Source: Myxococcales bacterium (GTDB taxonomy: Bacteria > Myxococcota_A > UBA9042). From it: DNA of 42,508 nt. Within the stretch, counting starts at the first letter, position 1. Every line of letters begins with the position of its first letter. Under the pieces are notes generated by a model. It did not search any database and was not told where the DNA came from. It saw only the letters and a program-made list of their open reading frames with translations. This document shows, in pieces, positions 27,731-36,774 of this stretch. The position numbers and the translations under genes are program-made. The stretch is from positions 1 to 42,508 of the forward strand of contig JBBISH010000046.1 of assembly GCA_037441385.1 (NCBI GenBank), in the 5' to 3' direction.

Positions 27731-30181
27731 CTAAGGCACGGCGGGCGTCAGCGTGACCGGGTCGCCGGCAAAATCCAGGCCAAACGAATAGGCATCCAAG
27801 CTGCCATTGCCGTCGCTATCGAAGTCCGGCGGGCTGTTTTGGTACAACAAGGTCTTGATGCCCGCCGGATCCATGCCTGTTTCGGCATAGAATCCCGGGG
27901 GAAGGTTGTCGAGGATCGTGTCGAGGTCCGCCTTGGTGAGCCAGCCGCACAAACTCCCCGAGCTCAGCGAATTCATCGCAGCGCCCGACGGCACGGTGGC
28001 CTGGATGCGCGCGCCCTTGAGCTCGTAGGAAAGCGAGGTCGGGGCGGCCGTCATGGGCAGCGCAATCGTGGTCGAAGGACCGCCCGCCTGGAGTTTTCCG
28101 CCACTGACCTTGGCGTCTTGCCAGGCGGTCACGGGCGGGCACGTCGCAGAAGTGCTGGCCAATTGGTAGGCGCTGACGTCGGGCACAAGCGAACACGTCT
28201 GCGTACCGGGCTCAAAGGGCGCGCAAACCGCGCTGCCTGGGCCGGCCAAACTGGGGAGCAACTGCAGCTCGAACGCGCTGCCCGCCGTGGAATAGCCGTT
28301 GGCAACCAGGGCCATGACAAAGGGCTTGCCGTTGCCAAACGGCCCCTGGCCGCCGGCCAAGGTGAAGCCGATCATCTTGCCCAGGGTGTTGTCGATCTTG
28401 CCGTCACCGTTCAGGTCGCAGCCGGTGTCGCTCTTGGGTTGGACCCAGTGCAGCCAGACCGCATCCGCGGGATACTTGTTGGGCAGCGCGCACTTGGGGG
28501 CCGAGCAACTGCCAGCCGTACAGACCTTGCTGCCGCACGGCGTCTCGTTCCACGCCATGCCGTCGCTGGCGCAAGTGGCGGTCGAATTGCCAAAGCAACC
28601 GGTGGTGCCCGCGGTGCACAGCTGCGAGATGCACTTGCCCTGGTCGCAGAATTGACCTTGTTGGCCGCAGTCTTGCTGCTCGGACCAGGCCGATCCATCT
28701 GAGCTGCAGACCATGACGATGGTGCCGTTGCAGCCAGTGGTATTCGGCGCGCAGACGGGGACCTGGCACGCCCCGCCGCTGCAGACTTTGCCCTGGTTGC
28801 CACACGGCTCGATGACGTTCCAGCCGCCGTTGGCGTCGCACTGCACTGCATCCGTGCCGACACAGCCGTTGCCTCCCGGAACGCACGGCGACTTGATGCA
28901 CTGGCCTTGGAAGCACGCCCCCATGCCAAAGGATGTGCAGTCGCCGCCGTCGAACCAGCCTTTGCCGCCGTCGCAGTACATGACCTTGTTGCCGTCGCAC
29001 ACCGACTCGTTGGGCTGACACACGGGGACCTGGCACGCGCCGCCGATGCACAGCAGGCCTTTGGCGCCACAGTCCTCGATGGGCGTGATCGCGCCCGCGT
29101 CGCCGCACTGCACCGCGGTCTCGCCCTGGCAACCCACGCCGCCGGGCAGGCAGGGCAACTCCATGCAGGTGCCGTTGAAACAGATGCCGTTGCCCTTGGG
29201 CGAAAAGGCGCAGTCGGTGGCGGTCTGCCACGCCGAGCCGGACCCGTTGCAGTAGTTGAGGTTCGTGCCCACGCAGGTGACTTCGCCGGGCAGGCACACG
29301 GCCTCGACGCAGGCGCCGTTTTCGCAGGTTTGGCCCTTGACGGCGCAGTCTTCTACGGTCTTGTAGCCGCTACTGTCGCACTGCACGATCTCCTTGTTCA
29401 CGCAGCCCAACGATCCAGGGGCACACGGCAGCTTCTGGCACTCGCCGGCCACGCAGATCGCATCGTACATGCTGCAATCAAAAAGGATCTGCTGCTCCAT
29501 GCCGTCGGGGCTGCACATCGTGACGGCCGTACCCTGGCACGCAGTCGTTTCCGGTGTACAGACTTGCGTCACGCACACACCGTTGGAGCAGCCCTGCCCC
29601 TTGGCGGCGCAGTCGGCGACGAGGGTGGTCTGCAGGCCATCGCCGCTGCATTGGACCACCGACTTGCCCTCGCAGAACTGCTGATTCGGGGAGCATTTGC
29701 TGGCCAGGCAGGCGCCGCCGCTACAAACGGTGCTGCCGCTGCAGGCGATGACCTGCCACGTGTGGCTGATCGGGTCGCAAACCCGCAAGGCCGAAACCGA
29801 TTCGCACGCCGGTGGCTCGGCGTCGCAGGATTGTTCCAAGACGCACTTGTGGCTCTGGCAGGTGGCACCGTCGCCGCAGTCGCCGTTGACCAGACAAGCC
29901 ACACAGGTGTCGCTGGCTGGGTCACAGATCAACCCCTTGGCTGCGCAGGTGTTTTGCTGGGTGCAGCCGAGGGTGTCGCCCGACGCGGCGTCCGTCGAAG
30001 CCGAGTCGTTGCTGGCGCTGTCGCCCAGGGCGGCGTCGGTAGCAGCCGCGTCAGCCCCAGAACTCGTGGTATCGGCCTTGCCAAGGTTTACCGGCTCGTT
30101 TCCGCAGCCGGCCAAGCCCCAAACCGCAGAAGCGACCAGAAGAATTTGTGACCAACGCCGGTGCGGCGCGCGTGAAAACAT
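27731..30181 (-). CDS. Cys-rich repeat lipoprotein with C-terminal domain bearing DxDxDG-like loops
   Basis: Lipobox LAGC; ten ~43-48-aa 6-Cys repeats; DLNGDGKIDN and DFDSDGNGSLD motifs. Confidence 0.8.
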   Translation of the reverse strand: MFSRAPHRRWSQILLVASAVWGLAGCGNEPVNLGKADTTSSGADAAATDAALGDSASNDSASTDAASGDTLGCTQQNTCAAKGLICDPASDTCVACLVNGDCGDGATCQSHKCVLEQSCDAEPPACESVSALRVCDPISHTWQVIACSGSTVCSGGACLASKCSPNQQFCEGKSVVQCSGDGLQTTLVADCAAKGQGCSNGVCVTQVCTPETTACQGTAVTMCSPDGMEQQILFDCSMYDAICVAGECQKLPCAPGSLGCVNKEIVQCDSSGYKTVEDCAVKGQTCENGACVEAVCLPGEVTCVGTNLNYCNGSGSAWQTATDCAFSPKGNGICFNGTCMELPCLPGGVGCQGETAVQCGDAGAITPIEDCGAKGLLCIGGACQVPVCQPNESVCDGNKVMYCDGGKGWFDGGDCTSFGMGACFQGQCIKSPCVPGGNGCVGTDAVQCDANGGWNVIEPCGNQGKVCSGGACQVPVCAPNTTGCNGTIVMVCSSDGSAWSEQQDCGQQGQFCDQGKCISQLCTAGTTGCFGNSTATCASDGMAWNETPCGSKVCTAGSCSAPKCALPNKYPADAVWLHWVQPKSDTGCDLNGDGKIDNTLGKMIGFTLAGGQGPFGNGKPFVMALVANGYSTAGSAFELQLLPSLAGPGSAVCAPFEPGTQTCSLVPDVSAYQLASTSATCPPVTAWQDAKVSGGKLQAGGPSTTIALPMTAAPTSLSYELKGARIQATVPSGAAMNSLSSGSLCGWLTKADLDTILDNLPPGFYAETGMDPAGIKTLLYQNSPPDFDSDGNGSLDAYSFGLDFAGDPVTLTPAVP

Positions 30182-30242
30182 GCCAAGCCTCCAGCCCGCA
30201 CGGTACGCGAGCCGGCGCGCACGCGCAACTTGGTGCGGGGCG

Positions 30243-30380
30243 TGATACGAACCCCACCTGATTCGCGCCTGTACGACTTTCCGGGCTCGCTCTGCAACTG
30301 GCGAGAATCAGGCGGGGACCCCGATTCGGGCCGGAGGAAATGCCCGAGTCTTCGATCCGATTCAAACGAATTCGGTATGA
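30243..30380 (+). repeat. Interspersed ~138-bp repeat, copy 2 (apparently intact, TGA at both ends)
   Basis: TGA-TACGAA...TTCGGTA-TGA; internal hairpins CCCCACCTGATTC/GAATCAGGCGGGG and GATTCGGGC/GCCCGAGTC. Confidence 0.92.
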
Positions 30381-30381
30381 C

Positions 30382-33300
30382 CTACTCGGCCGGCGGCAGC
30401 GGCGCGCGGCCCGCAGGGGGCGGCGAGGGCGGCGGAGCCACGGCGCTGGCGGGCGCGACCTTCTTTTCGGCGTGGCGCCACAGAGCTCCGGCGGCATAGG
30501 CGCGCCACGCCCACGGCAGCAGCTTGGTGAGCAAGAGCACCAGCCACAGCGCCCAAGCCAGCATGACCGCGCGCCAAACCCACAGCGGCAGCGACCAGAC
30601 CTGGGCGGCCGGCAGCGCGCCGTCGATCCGATCGACATACCAGCGCAGCAGCGTGCCCGTCGAATTCATGCCGGCGACCTGCATGTCCACGTCGAGCAAC
30701 AGGTTCTGGTGGATGGCGCCGTACAGCGTCGCCATCGCGAACAGGGTCCAGCCGGCCAAAGCGACCTGCAGCAGGTTGTGCAGCGCGTTGGGCAGCAGGC
30801 GCCCGCCTTCACTCCAGCCCTGAATTCCATAGCGGCGGCGCCAGCCAAGCACCACCACCCAGCCGACCACCACCAGCGCCAAAAGCGGCGGCAACGGCGC
30901 GAGGCCCAGGGCCAGGCCCAGCCAGTGCCGCGTCTGCAAAGGCAGGCCGCGCAGCCGGCCGAGCGCCAAGGCGGCGAGCAGCACCAGGGCGAATCGACTC
31001 CAGAACAGCACCGCGGCGCCCCACGCCGGTCCGTGCGTCCACAGCAGCCAGCGGTCGGCGCCCAGCTCCAACTCCACCGTGACGTTGGCGGCCGGGCCGC
31101 CCAAGCTCAGTTCGGGCACGTGCTCGCCCAGGGACCGGTCCCAGGGCTGCTGCCACGCCACCACCACCTGCTGGCGGCCGACTTCCAGCGGAATCTGCAG
31201 AACCCCCTTGTCTGGCCGCAGGTTGCGTTGCTTGCCGGCACAAGTCACCGTCTGCACGTCCGCGCCCGTCGGCAAGGTCAATTTCTGCCAACCCCCTTGC
31301 GAAGCACGCACTTGCAGCGTCAAGGTGGCCGACAGCAGCCGCTGCCCCGGCGTCACGCGATAGGTCACCGAGTCGATGGTGATGCTTTGCCCAGGTGCGC
31401 CGCGCGGGCGGTCGACCTGCACGGCCACCGCTTCGCCGGGATAGGGCCGCCACAGCGGTCGCAGCACCGCGTCGTCGGGGTCGCGGCTGTGGTCTGGCGC
31501 CAGACCCTGATGCGAGCAGCGCCAAATCGCCGAACATTCCAGGCTCCACGTCTCGGTCCACGGTTCGCCGCGCGGCGCTTCCAGCTTGATCTCGGCGCGA
31601 CCGCCTTCCGGCATCGGCAATTGGCCGTCGAACTCGACCGCGTCGACGCCGCGCGCAAAATTCACCAGCACCCGCCGGCCCTTGTCGGGCTGACCGGGCA
31701 CCACCTCTTCGACCCGCACACCGTCGGTGAGCACCACTTCGCCGGGCAACAGCGGCACCTTGACCAGCAGCGGCCGGTCCGACACCTCGCGCCGCACCAC
31801 GGTGTGCACCTGCCACGGCAGACCCAAGTGCAGCTGGCGCTCGACGCGGAACCAGGGCGGCAGATCCACCGCGTTGTCGATGCCCTCGGCAGCTGTCGCC
31901 CCGCCAGGCAGGCCCGCGGGGGCTTCGCGGCGCGTCAGCTGGGCACTTTGCTGGGGCACGCCGGCCGGGTCCAGACCATCGATGTTCCAGTCCGAACTGA
32001 CAAAGCGGACCCGATGCGCCAGCGTCTCAGCGCCCAACTGCAGGTCGACGACCGCCCGGCGCGGCAGCAGCGCTTCGACCGTGATGCGGTGAAAACCTGT
32101 TGGCACCCGCACTTGCAGCAGGCCGTCGTCGCCGCGGCGCAGATCGCGCGTCGGCTGGTCGTCGATCAGCACGCGCCGCACGTCCGCCGCATCGCCCGGG
32201 CCGGGGATGACCCACGTCGACGGCCGCTGGGCTGAAACATCGGCAATCATCTTGAGTTGCTGCCCTTCGGCGCGCAGCTCCAACTGCGAGGCCACCAGGC
32301 ATGGGCCCTCGCACTGCTGCGCCGCCAAGAGCCGCTTGTGCAGCGTCTCCAGCACGTCGGATGGGGGCGCCTCGGCAGCCTGCGCGGGCGGCGACCAGAG
32401 GGCTGGGACCAGCAGGGCGGCCAACAAAACACCGGCCTCTGGGCCAACTTGCAGCGAGCCGAGCCAGCGCTTCAGCCGCCCCAGGTCCAGAAGGCGCGCG
32501 GTAAGCAACAACACCAGCAGCGCGCGCAACACCGCCAGCAGCAGATTGGCGCGGGGGCTCAGCAGCCACAGTTCGATGGTGTGGTCGGCGCGCACCGGGC
32601 CGGACCAGCCCAGCTGCCAACTGCTCCAGTGCCAGGTCGGCACGCCTGGACCGGTCTGGACCACGGCCTGCGGGTCCACTTGCTGCATGTTTTGATTGCC
32701 GTACGAGACCCAACGCCCCTTCTTGGCGGGCGCCTGGCGGGTCGTGCGGCTAGCCAGCGGCAGACCGCTCAGCGCGTTCGAATCGTGGTCGGCCCCATCC
32801 AGTTTGGGGACGGCTTTTTGCTCCGGCAAGTTGATGGCTTGCTGCTTGTCGGCATTTTCCTTTGTTTGTTCTAGGTCTTGCACGGCTTCGGCTGCGGCAG
32901 CTGGTGCGGGCTCTGGCGGGGGTGCGGCGGCCTGATCGGCGCGCTCCGATTGCACCAGCCCGTCGATGAAGCCCACACCGTCGCTACCCGCAACCTGTGG
33001 GTACAGACCATGACGCAACTGCGTGGCAGCAAAGCCAATTGCTACCGACACCAGCCCCACCAGCACCAGCGCGTGCCCCACCACCACGGCTTGGCGGAAG
33101 CGACCCGCCGGCAGCACCGCCAGCAGCCCCAGACCAACCAAGGCAAAGATCCACAGGACTTGCGGGGCGTCGCCCTGGTCATGGCACAGCACCAGCGCCA
33201 CCAGCCACAAGCCGCCCCACAACCAGCCGAGCAGGCGGCCAAAGCCGATCGTGACCAGGAGAATGAAGAAGAAGTCAAAAAGCGTCCATGAATCCAGCCA

Positions 33301-34722
33301 GGTGCGCGGCAGGTGGTCTACACCATGGGCACTGAGCAGGGTCCAGCCCGGCGGCAGGTGCAAGGTGGTCCGCAGCGACTGCACGTCGGCATTCCAGCCC
33401 ACCGCGCGCAGCTCGCCCGGCGGGCCCTTCATCCGCAACTCCGCATCTACGCTTAGGTTGCCGCTGCGCAATTCGGCGCCGTACAGGGCGGTCGCGGTCG
33501 CGCCGTCGCCCAGCGTCACCAGTTGATCCTGGCCGCCCACCGCCACGTGCCCCAGCTGCCAGCCGGCGCTGGCCTGGAGCTGCCAGCCTTGATGCATCGC
33601 GCCGGTCAGGCGATCGCGGCTGGTCAGCCCCTGGCCGTCCAGGTCCAGCCACCAGTCGCGCTGCAAATTCAACTGATTGGGCGCGGCCTGCTGCTCGCCG
33701 CGGCGGGGCACCTTCAGGGTCAGGCTTTGGCCCGGCGCAGCCACCAGGCAGCGGCCCTTCTTCCAATCGTCGGCCAGCTGTGTGCGCTCGGGATCCACCG
33801 GCGACAGGCCGCTCAGCTCGACCGAGCGCAAGGTCTCGTCGGGTTGCCACACCCAGGTCTCGGGCAGTTCCCACATGTCGCCGGCCAGTTCCGCCACCGC
33901 GATCGACTCGGTCGGCGTCGCCAGAACGCTATGGATTTCCACCGTATGCGTGCCAGGGCGAACATGCACGCGCAGCGCGCCGTCGCTGCCGAGCTGGGCG
34001 GGGATGGGGCTGGACAGTTGAGTGGGGCGGAATCCGGCGTTCAAGACCAGGCCCAGCACGACTTCGCGAGCCTTTCCGCCCACTCGGAGCGTCAGGCGGG
34101 TGGTCTGGCGCAGGGGCACGCCGTCTTCGAGCCGACGCGCCACCGTGATCGAGAGCGAATCGGTCTCGGCGGCCGCCGCTCCGTCCTTTTGCAGCAACAG
34201 CCGGCCCAGTTCGTCGCGGCGCGGATGCTCGACCGCGGCCCCGCGCAAGCTGAGTTCGACCACAGCCACGTCGCTGGGTAGCGCCAGAATTTCTGGGATC
34301 TCGTGCCACGGCAGCCCGCCCAGCACCTGATGATGACCAGCTGGTACGCGGAGTTGCGGCACCCCGGCGGGGCTCGCCTGCACCAACGCGGGCTGGCCAT
34401 CCAGGCGCACATCCTGCGGCCACAAGGTCTTGTCGCCGGGCAGACCCACCAGCGCACTGTGATCGAGCCAGACGTCGAGTTCGAAACTCCCGGCCTTTTC
34501 AGTCGCTTGCAGGGTCAGATGCCCCGGCCAGGCGCAGACACGACTGTCGTTGCCCAGCGAAGCGCACAGCAGATCGGGCTCGTCGTGCAGGACCCACGGC
34601 TGCCACGGCTCGAGCAGCGGCGGCACTGCGGGGGGCGGCGGCAGGGCAAAAGCCGAGCCTGCCATGAGGAATACAGAAAGAATTAGAACGAGTTTGGCGA
34701 ACGCACCGCGCCGAATCCGCAT
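30382..34722 (-). CDS. Large exported/integral membrane protein of unknown function, internally duplicated
   Basis: Signal peptide after ATG 34722; two beta-rich soluble regions, each followed by a multi-TM block; GC-biased codon usage. Confidence 0.75.
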   Translation of the reverse strand: MRIRRGAFAKLVLILSVFLMAGSAFALPPPPAVPPLLEPWQPWVLHDEPDLLCASLGNDSRVCAWPGHLTLQATEKAGSFELDVWLDHSALVGLPGDKTLWPQDVRLDGQPALVQASPAGVPQLRVPAGHHQVLGGLPWHEIPEILALPSDVAVVELSLRGAAVEHPRRDELGRLLLQKDGAAAAETDSLSITVARRLEDGVPLRQTTRLTLRVGGKAREVVLGLVLNAGFRPTQLSSPIPAQLGSDGALRVHVRPGTHTVEIHSVLATPTESIAVAELAGDMWELPETWVWQPDETLRSVELSGLSPVDPERTQLADDWKKGRCLVAAPGQSLTLKVPRRGEQQAAPNQLNLQRDWWLDLDGQGLTSRDRLTGAMHQGWQLQASAGWQLGHVAVGGQDQLVTLGDGATATALYGAELRSGNLSVDAELRMKGPPGELRAVGWNADVQSLRTTLHLPPGWTLLSAHGVDHLPRTWLDSWTLFDFFFILLVTIGFGRLLGWLWGGLWLVALVLCHDQGDAPQVLWIFALVGLGLLAVLPAGRFRQAVVVGHALVLVGLVSVAIGFAATQLRHGLYPQVAGSDGVGFIDGLVQSERADQAAAPPPEPAPAAAAEAVQDLEQTKENADKQQAINLPEQKAVPKLDGADHDSNALSGLPLASRTTRQAPAKKGRWVSYGNQNMQQVDPQAVVQTGPGVPTWHWSSWQLGWSGPVRADHTIELWLLSPRANLLLAVLRALLVLLLTARLLDLGRLKRWLGSLQVGPEAGVLLAALLVPALWSPPAQAAEAPPSDVLETLHKRLLAAQQCEGPCLVASQLELRAEGQQLKMIADVSAQRPSTWVIPGPGDAADVRRVLIDDQPTRDLRRGDDGLLQVRVPTGFHRITVEALLPRRAVVDLQLGAETLAHRVRFVSSDWNIDGLDPAGVPQQSAQLTRREAPAGLPGGATAAEGIDNAVDLPPWFRVERQLHLGLPWQVHTVVRREVSDRPLLVKVPLLPGEVVLTDGVRVEEVVPGQPDKGRRVLVNFARGVDAVEFDGQLPMPEGGRAEIKLEAPRGEPWTETWSLECSAIWRCSHQGLAPDHSRDPDDAVLRPLWRPYPGEAVAVQVDRPRGAPGQSITIDSVTYRVTPGQRLLSATLTLQVRASQGGWQKLTLPTGADVQTVTCAGKQRNLRPDKGVLQIPLEVGRQQVVVAWQQPWDRSLGEHVPELSLGGPAANVTVELELGADRWLLWTHGPAWGAAVLFWSRFALVLLAALALGRLRGLPLQTRHWLGLALGLAPLPPLLALVVVGWVVVLGWRRRYGIQGWSEGGRLLPNALHNLLQVALAGWTLFAMATLYGAIHQNLLLDVDMQVAGMNSTGTLLRWYVDRIDGALPAAQVWSLPLWVWRAVMLAWALWLVLLLTKLLPWAWRAYAAGALWRHAEKKVAPASAVAPPPSPPPAGRAPLPPAE

Positions 34723-34842
34723 GCCGGCCTCCCATGGGCCCACGGCCCGCCTGCTTGGACGCACGGGGCGGCCGCTGGTTTCGCCGTGACGAATCGTCGC
34801 GACGCGGCTACCATGATGCGCGTTTTTGCGAGGAGTTGAACC

Positions 34843-35718
34843 ATGGCCACCGATTTTACCCGCTCGGCCGACGGCACCAAGATTCGCTGGCATCGCCTGG
34901 GCGACGGACCACGGCGCTGGTTGCTGCCGCCCGGTCTGGGGACGCCACCTTCGGCGTGGACCTTGTTGCGCGAGCGCCTGGGGCCCGAATATTCGATTCT
35001 CACTTGGGATATGCGCGGCTGCTACGATTCCGATCGGCCCGTCGACCGGCGCTGCTACGGCGTAGTCCACCATGCCGACGACGCCGTCGCCGCGCTGCGT
35101 GGCGCGGGCTGGGACGACGATCAGCCCATTATTCTAGGCGGTTGGAGCCTGGGCGTGCAGATCAGCCTAGAGACCTACCGCCGCATTCGCCAGCGCGTGG
35201 TCGGCATGGTGCTGCTGGGCGGTCCGTTCGAGCACACGCTGCAGGGGGCGCTACCAATCCCCTATGGCGATCAGGCGGTTGTGCCCCTGCTCAAGGTCTT
35301 GCGGCGGCCCGGCGCGCTGCTGTCGCCGGTGGTGCGCGTGGCACTGGCCCACCCCAAGGCACCCGAGGCCCTGTACCGCCTGGGCGTGGTCACCCAGCGC
35401 CATCCGCATTTGGCCAACGTACTAGAGGACTTCTCGCGTCTGCACCTGGGCACGCTGATCGAGCTGTCGCGCGCAGCCCATCACCACTCGGCGCGCGATG
35501 TGCTGGGGCACGTGACGGCGCCCGCGCTCATCGTCCACGGGGATCGCGACCAGCTGACGCCGCTGCGCGTGGGCCGCGAGCTGTTCGCGCGGATGCCAGG
35601 CTCGCGGCTCCACGTGGTGCAAGGCGGCACCCACTATGCGCTTTTGGAATTCCCAGAGCAGGTCAACGGCGTGATCGCTGACTTCTTGGACGAGCGCTTT
35701 GCCAGCTTGGGTCAGTAG
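34843..35718 (+). CDS. Alpha/beta fold hydrolase
   Basis: GGAG RBS; WDMRGCYDS, GWSLG elbow, HGDRDQLTP, GGTHYA. Confidence 0.88.
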   Translation: MATDFTRSADGTKIRWHRLGDGPRRWLLPPGLGTPPSAWTLLRERLGPEYSILTWDMRGCYDSDRPVDRRCYGVVHHADDAVAALRGAGWDDDQPIILGGWSLGVQISLETYRRIRQRVVGMVLLGGPFEHTLQGALPIPYGDQAVVPLLKVLRRPGALLSPVVRVALAHPKAPEALYRLGVVTQRHPHLANVLEDFSRLHLGTLIELSRAAHHHSARDVLGHVTAPALIVHGDRDQLTPLRVGRELFARMPGSRLHVVQGGTHYALLEFPEQVNGVIADFLDERFASLGQ

Positions 35719-35745
35719 AAAACTACGTAAATTGCTTAGTTTTCT
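35717..35745. terminator. AT-rich inverted repeat between convergent genes (possible bidirectional terminator or protein site)
   Basis: AGAAAACTA-N11-TAGTTTTCT. Confidence 0.35.
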
Positions 35746-35751
35746 GAAGAA

Positions 35752-36774
35752 CTACCACCTGGCGAAGTGCTGCTCGGTCACGCCCACCGCACCGTCCACG
35801 CACCATTGCGGGCCGCCGGGCGGCTGCAGCGTGCCGTAGAACCGCCCGTACGGCTGCACATAGCGGCTTACGATCGCCAGCGCGTTCAGGTTCTGGCAGC
35901 GTGCGCCCCAGGGCTCGAAGCGCAGGTCCACCTGGCCGGGCTCGCGGCTGCGGATGTGCCAGGTCTGCCGCTCTGGATCGACCGGCAGCTCGAAGACCAC
36001 GCCCCCCAGCGGCCAGACTTGCCCCTGACACCACAGCGCGTTTTCGCGCGAGTTGCCGCGGTCGTCGTCGTACACCAGCGCCGACAAGTTGAGGCCCAGC
36101 GGCTGCCCGTTCACATGCGCGGCCAGGGACGCCCACAGCCACTCAGTGCGATGCAGGTGGTAGCCGCGCGTCCAATCCAGCGTGGCCAGCCCGCTGGCTT
36201 GCCAAGTCTTTTCGCCAAGTGCAACGCTACCTTGCGCGATCTGTGCCGCTTCCTTGTGGGTGTAGACGCGGTGCCGCCCCAGCAGCGGCCAGGCCAGGGC
36301 CAGCGCCTCGCCGCCCTGGATGGCAAAATCGGCCGTCAGCCTGCGCACTTGTCCGGCGTGGGCCAGCGGCAGGTCCAACTTGACTTGCCAGCGCCCCGAC
36401 CCGTTTTCGGCAAGGCCATTGTGGATTTCTAGTGTCTCGGTGGGCGTCTGCCAGCGGGTATCGCCCTGCAGCGACGACGACGCCACCCGCACGGCCCGCC
36501 CCAGCGGCGACATCACCTCGACCTGCCAGATGCGCTGCGGCTCGGCGAATTCTAGGAAATAGCCAAACAGGTTGCCCAAATACCCCACGTCGACTGCGGC
36601 AACGACCAGCATCCATTCGTCGGTCGTCCAGGATAGGTAGTGCCACTGCTTCAGGCGACCCGCGGGCGCGTCCAAGTTCGGCTCGGGCACGCCATAGCGG
36701 AAGCGGCCGTCGGCAAAGCGATCGCCCTCGACCAAACGCGTAGGAGGCAGCGGCAAAACAGTCCGCTCGCTCAT
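35752..36774 (-). CDS. DUF2804 family protein
   Basis: RLKQWHY, YTHK, ATLDWTRG....T.W.WAS, GLNL, ENALW, W.I......DLRFEP, SRYVQPYGRF.G, GVTE.H.ARW. Confidence 0.8.
   Translation of the reverse strand: MSERTVLPLPPTRLVEGDRFADGRFRYGVPEPNLDAPAGRLKQWHYLSWTTDEWMLVVAAVDVGYLGNLFGYFLEFAEPQRIWQVEVMSPLGRAVRVASSSLQGDTRWQTPTETLEIHNGLAENGSGRWQVKLDLPLAHAGQVRRLTADFAIQGGEALALAWPLLGRHRVYTHKEAAQIAQGSVALGEKTWQASGLATLDWTRGYHLHRTEWLWASLAAHVNGQPLGLNLSALVYDDDRGNSRENALWCQGQVWPLGGVVFELPVDPERQTWHIRSREPGQVDLRFEPWGARCQNLNALAIVSRYVQPYGRFYGTLQPPGGPQWCVDGAVGVTEQHFARW

Noticed and set aside
34723..35073. ORF-track N-terminal extensions (35073, 22584, 22820, 15732, 18121, 7960, 6797, 37293, 38926)
   Set aside because: They run into neighbouring genes or repeats; internal starts with an RBS, signal peptide or stop-start overlap fit better.
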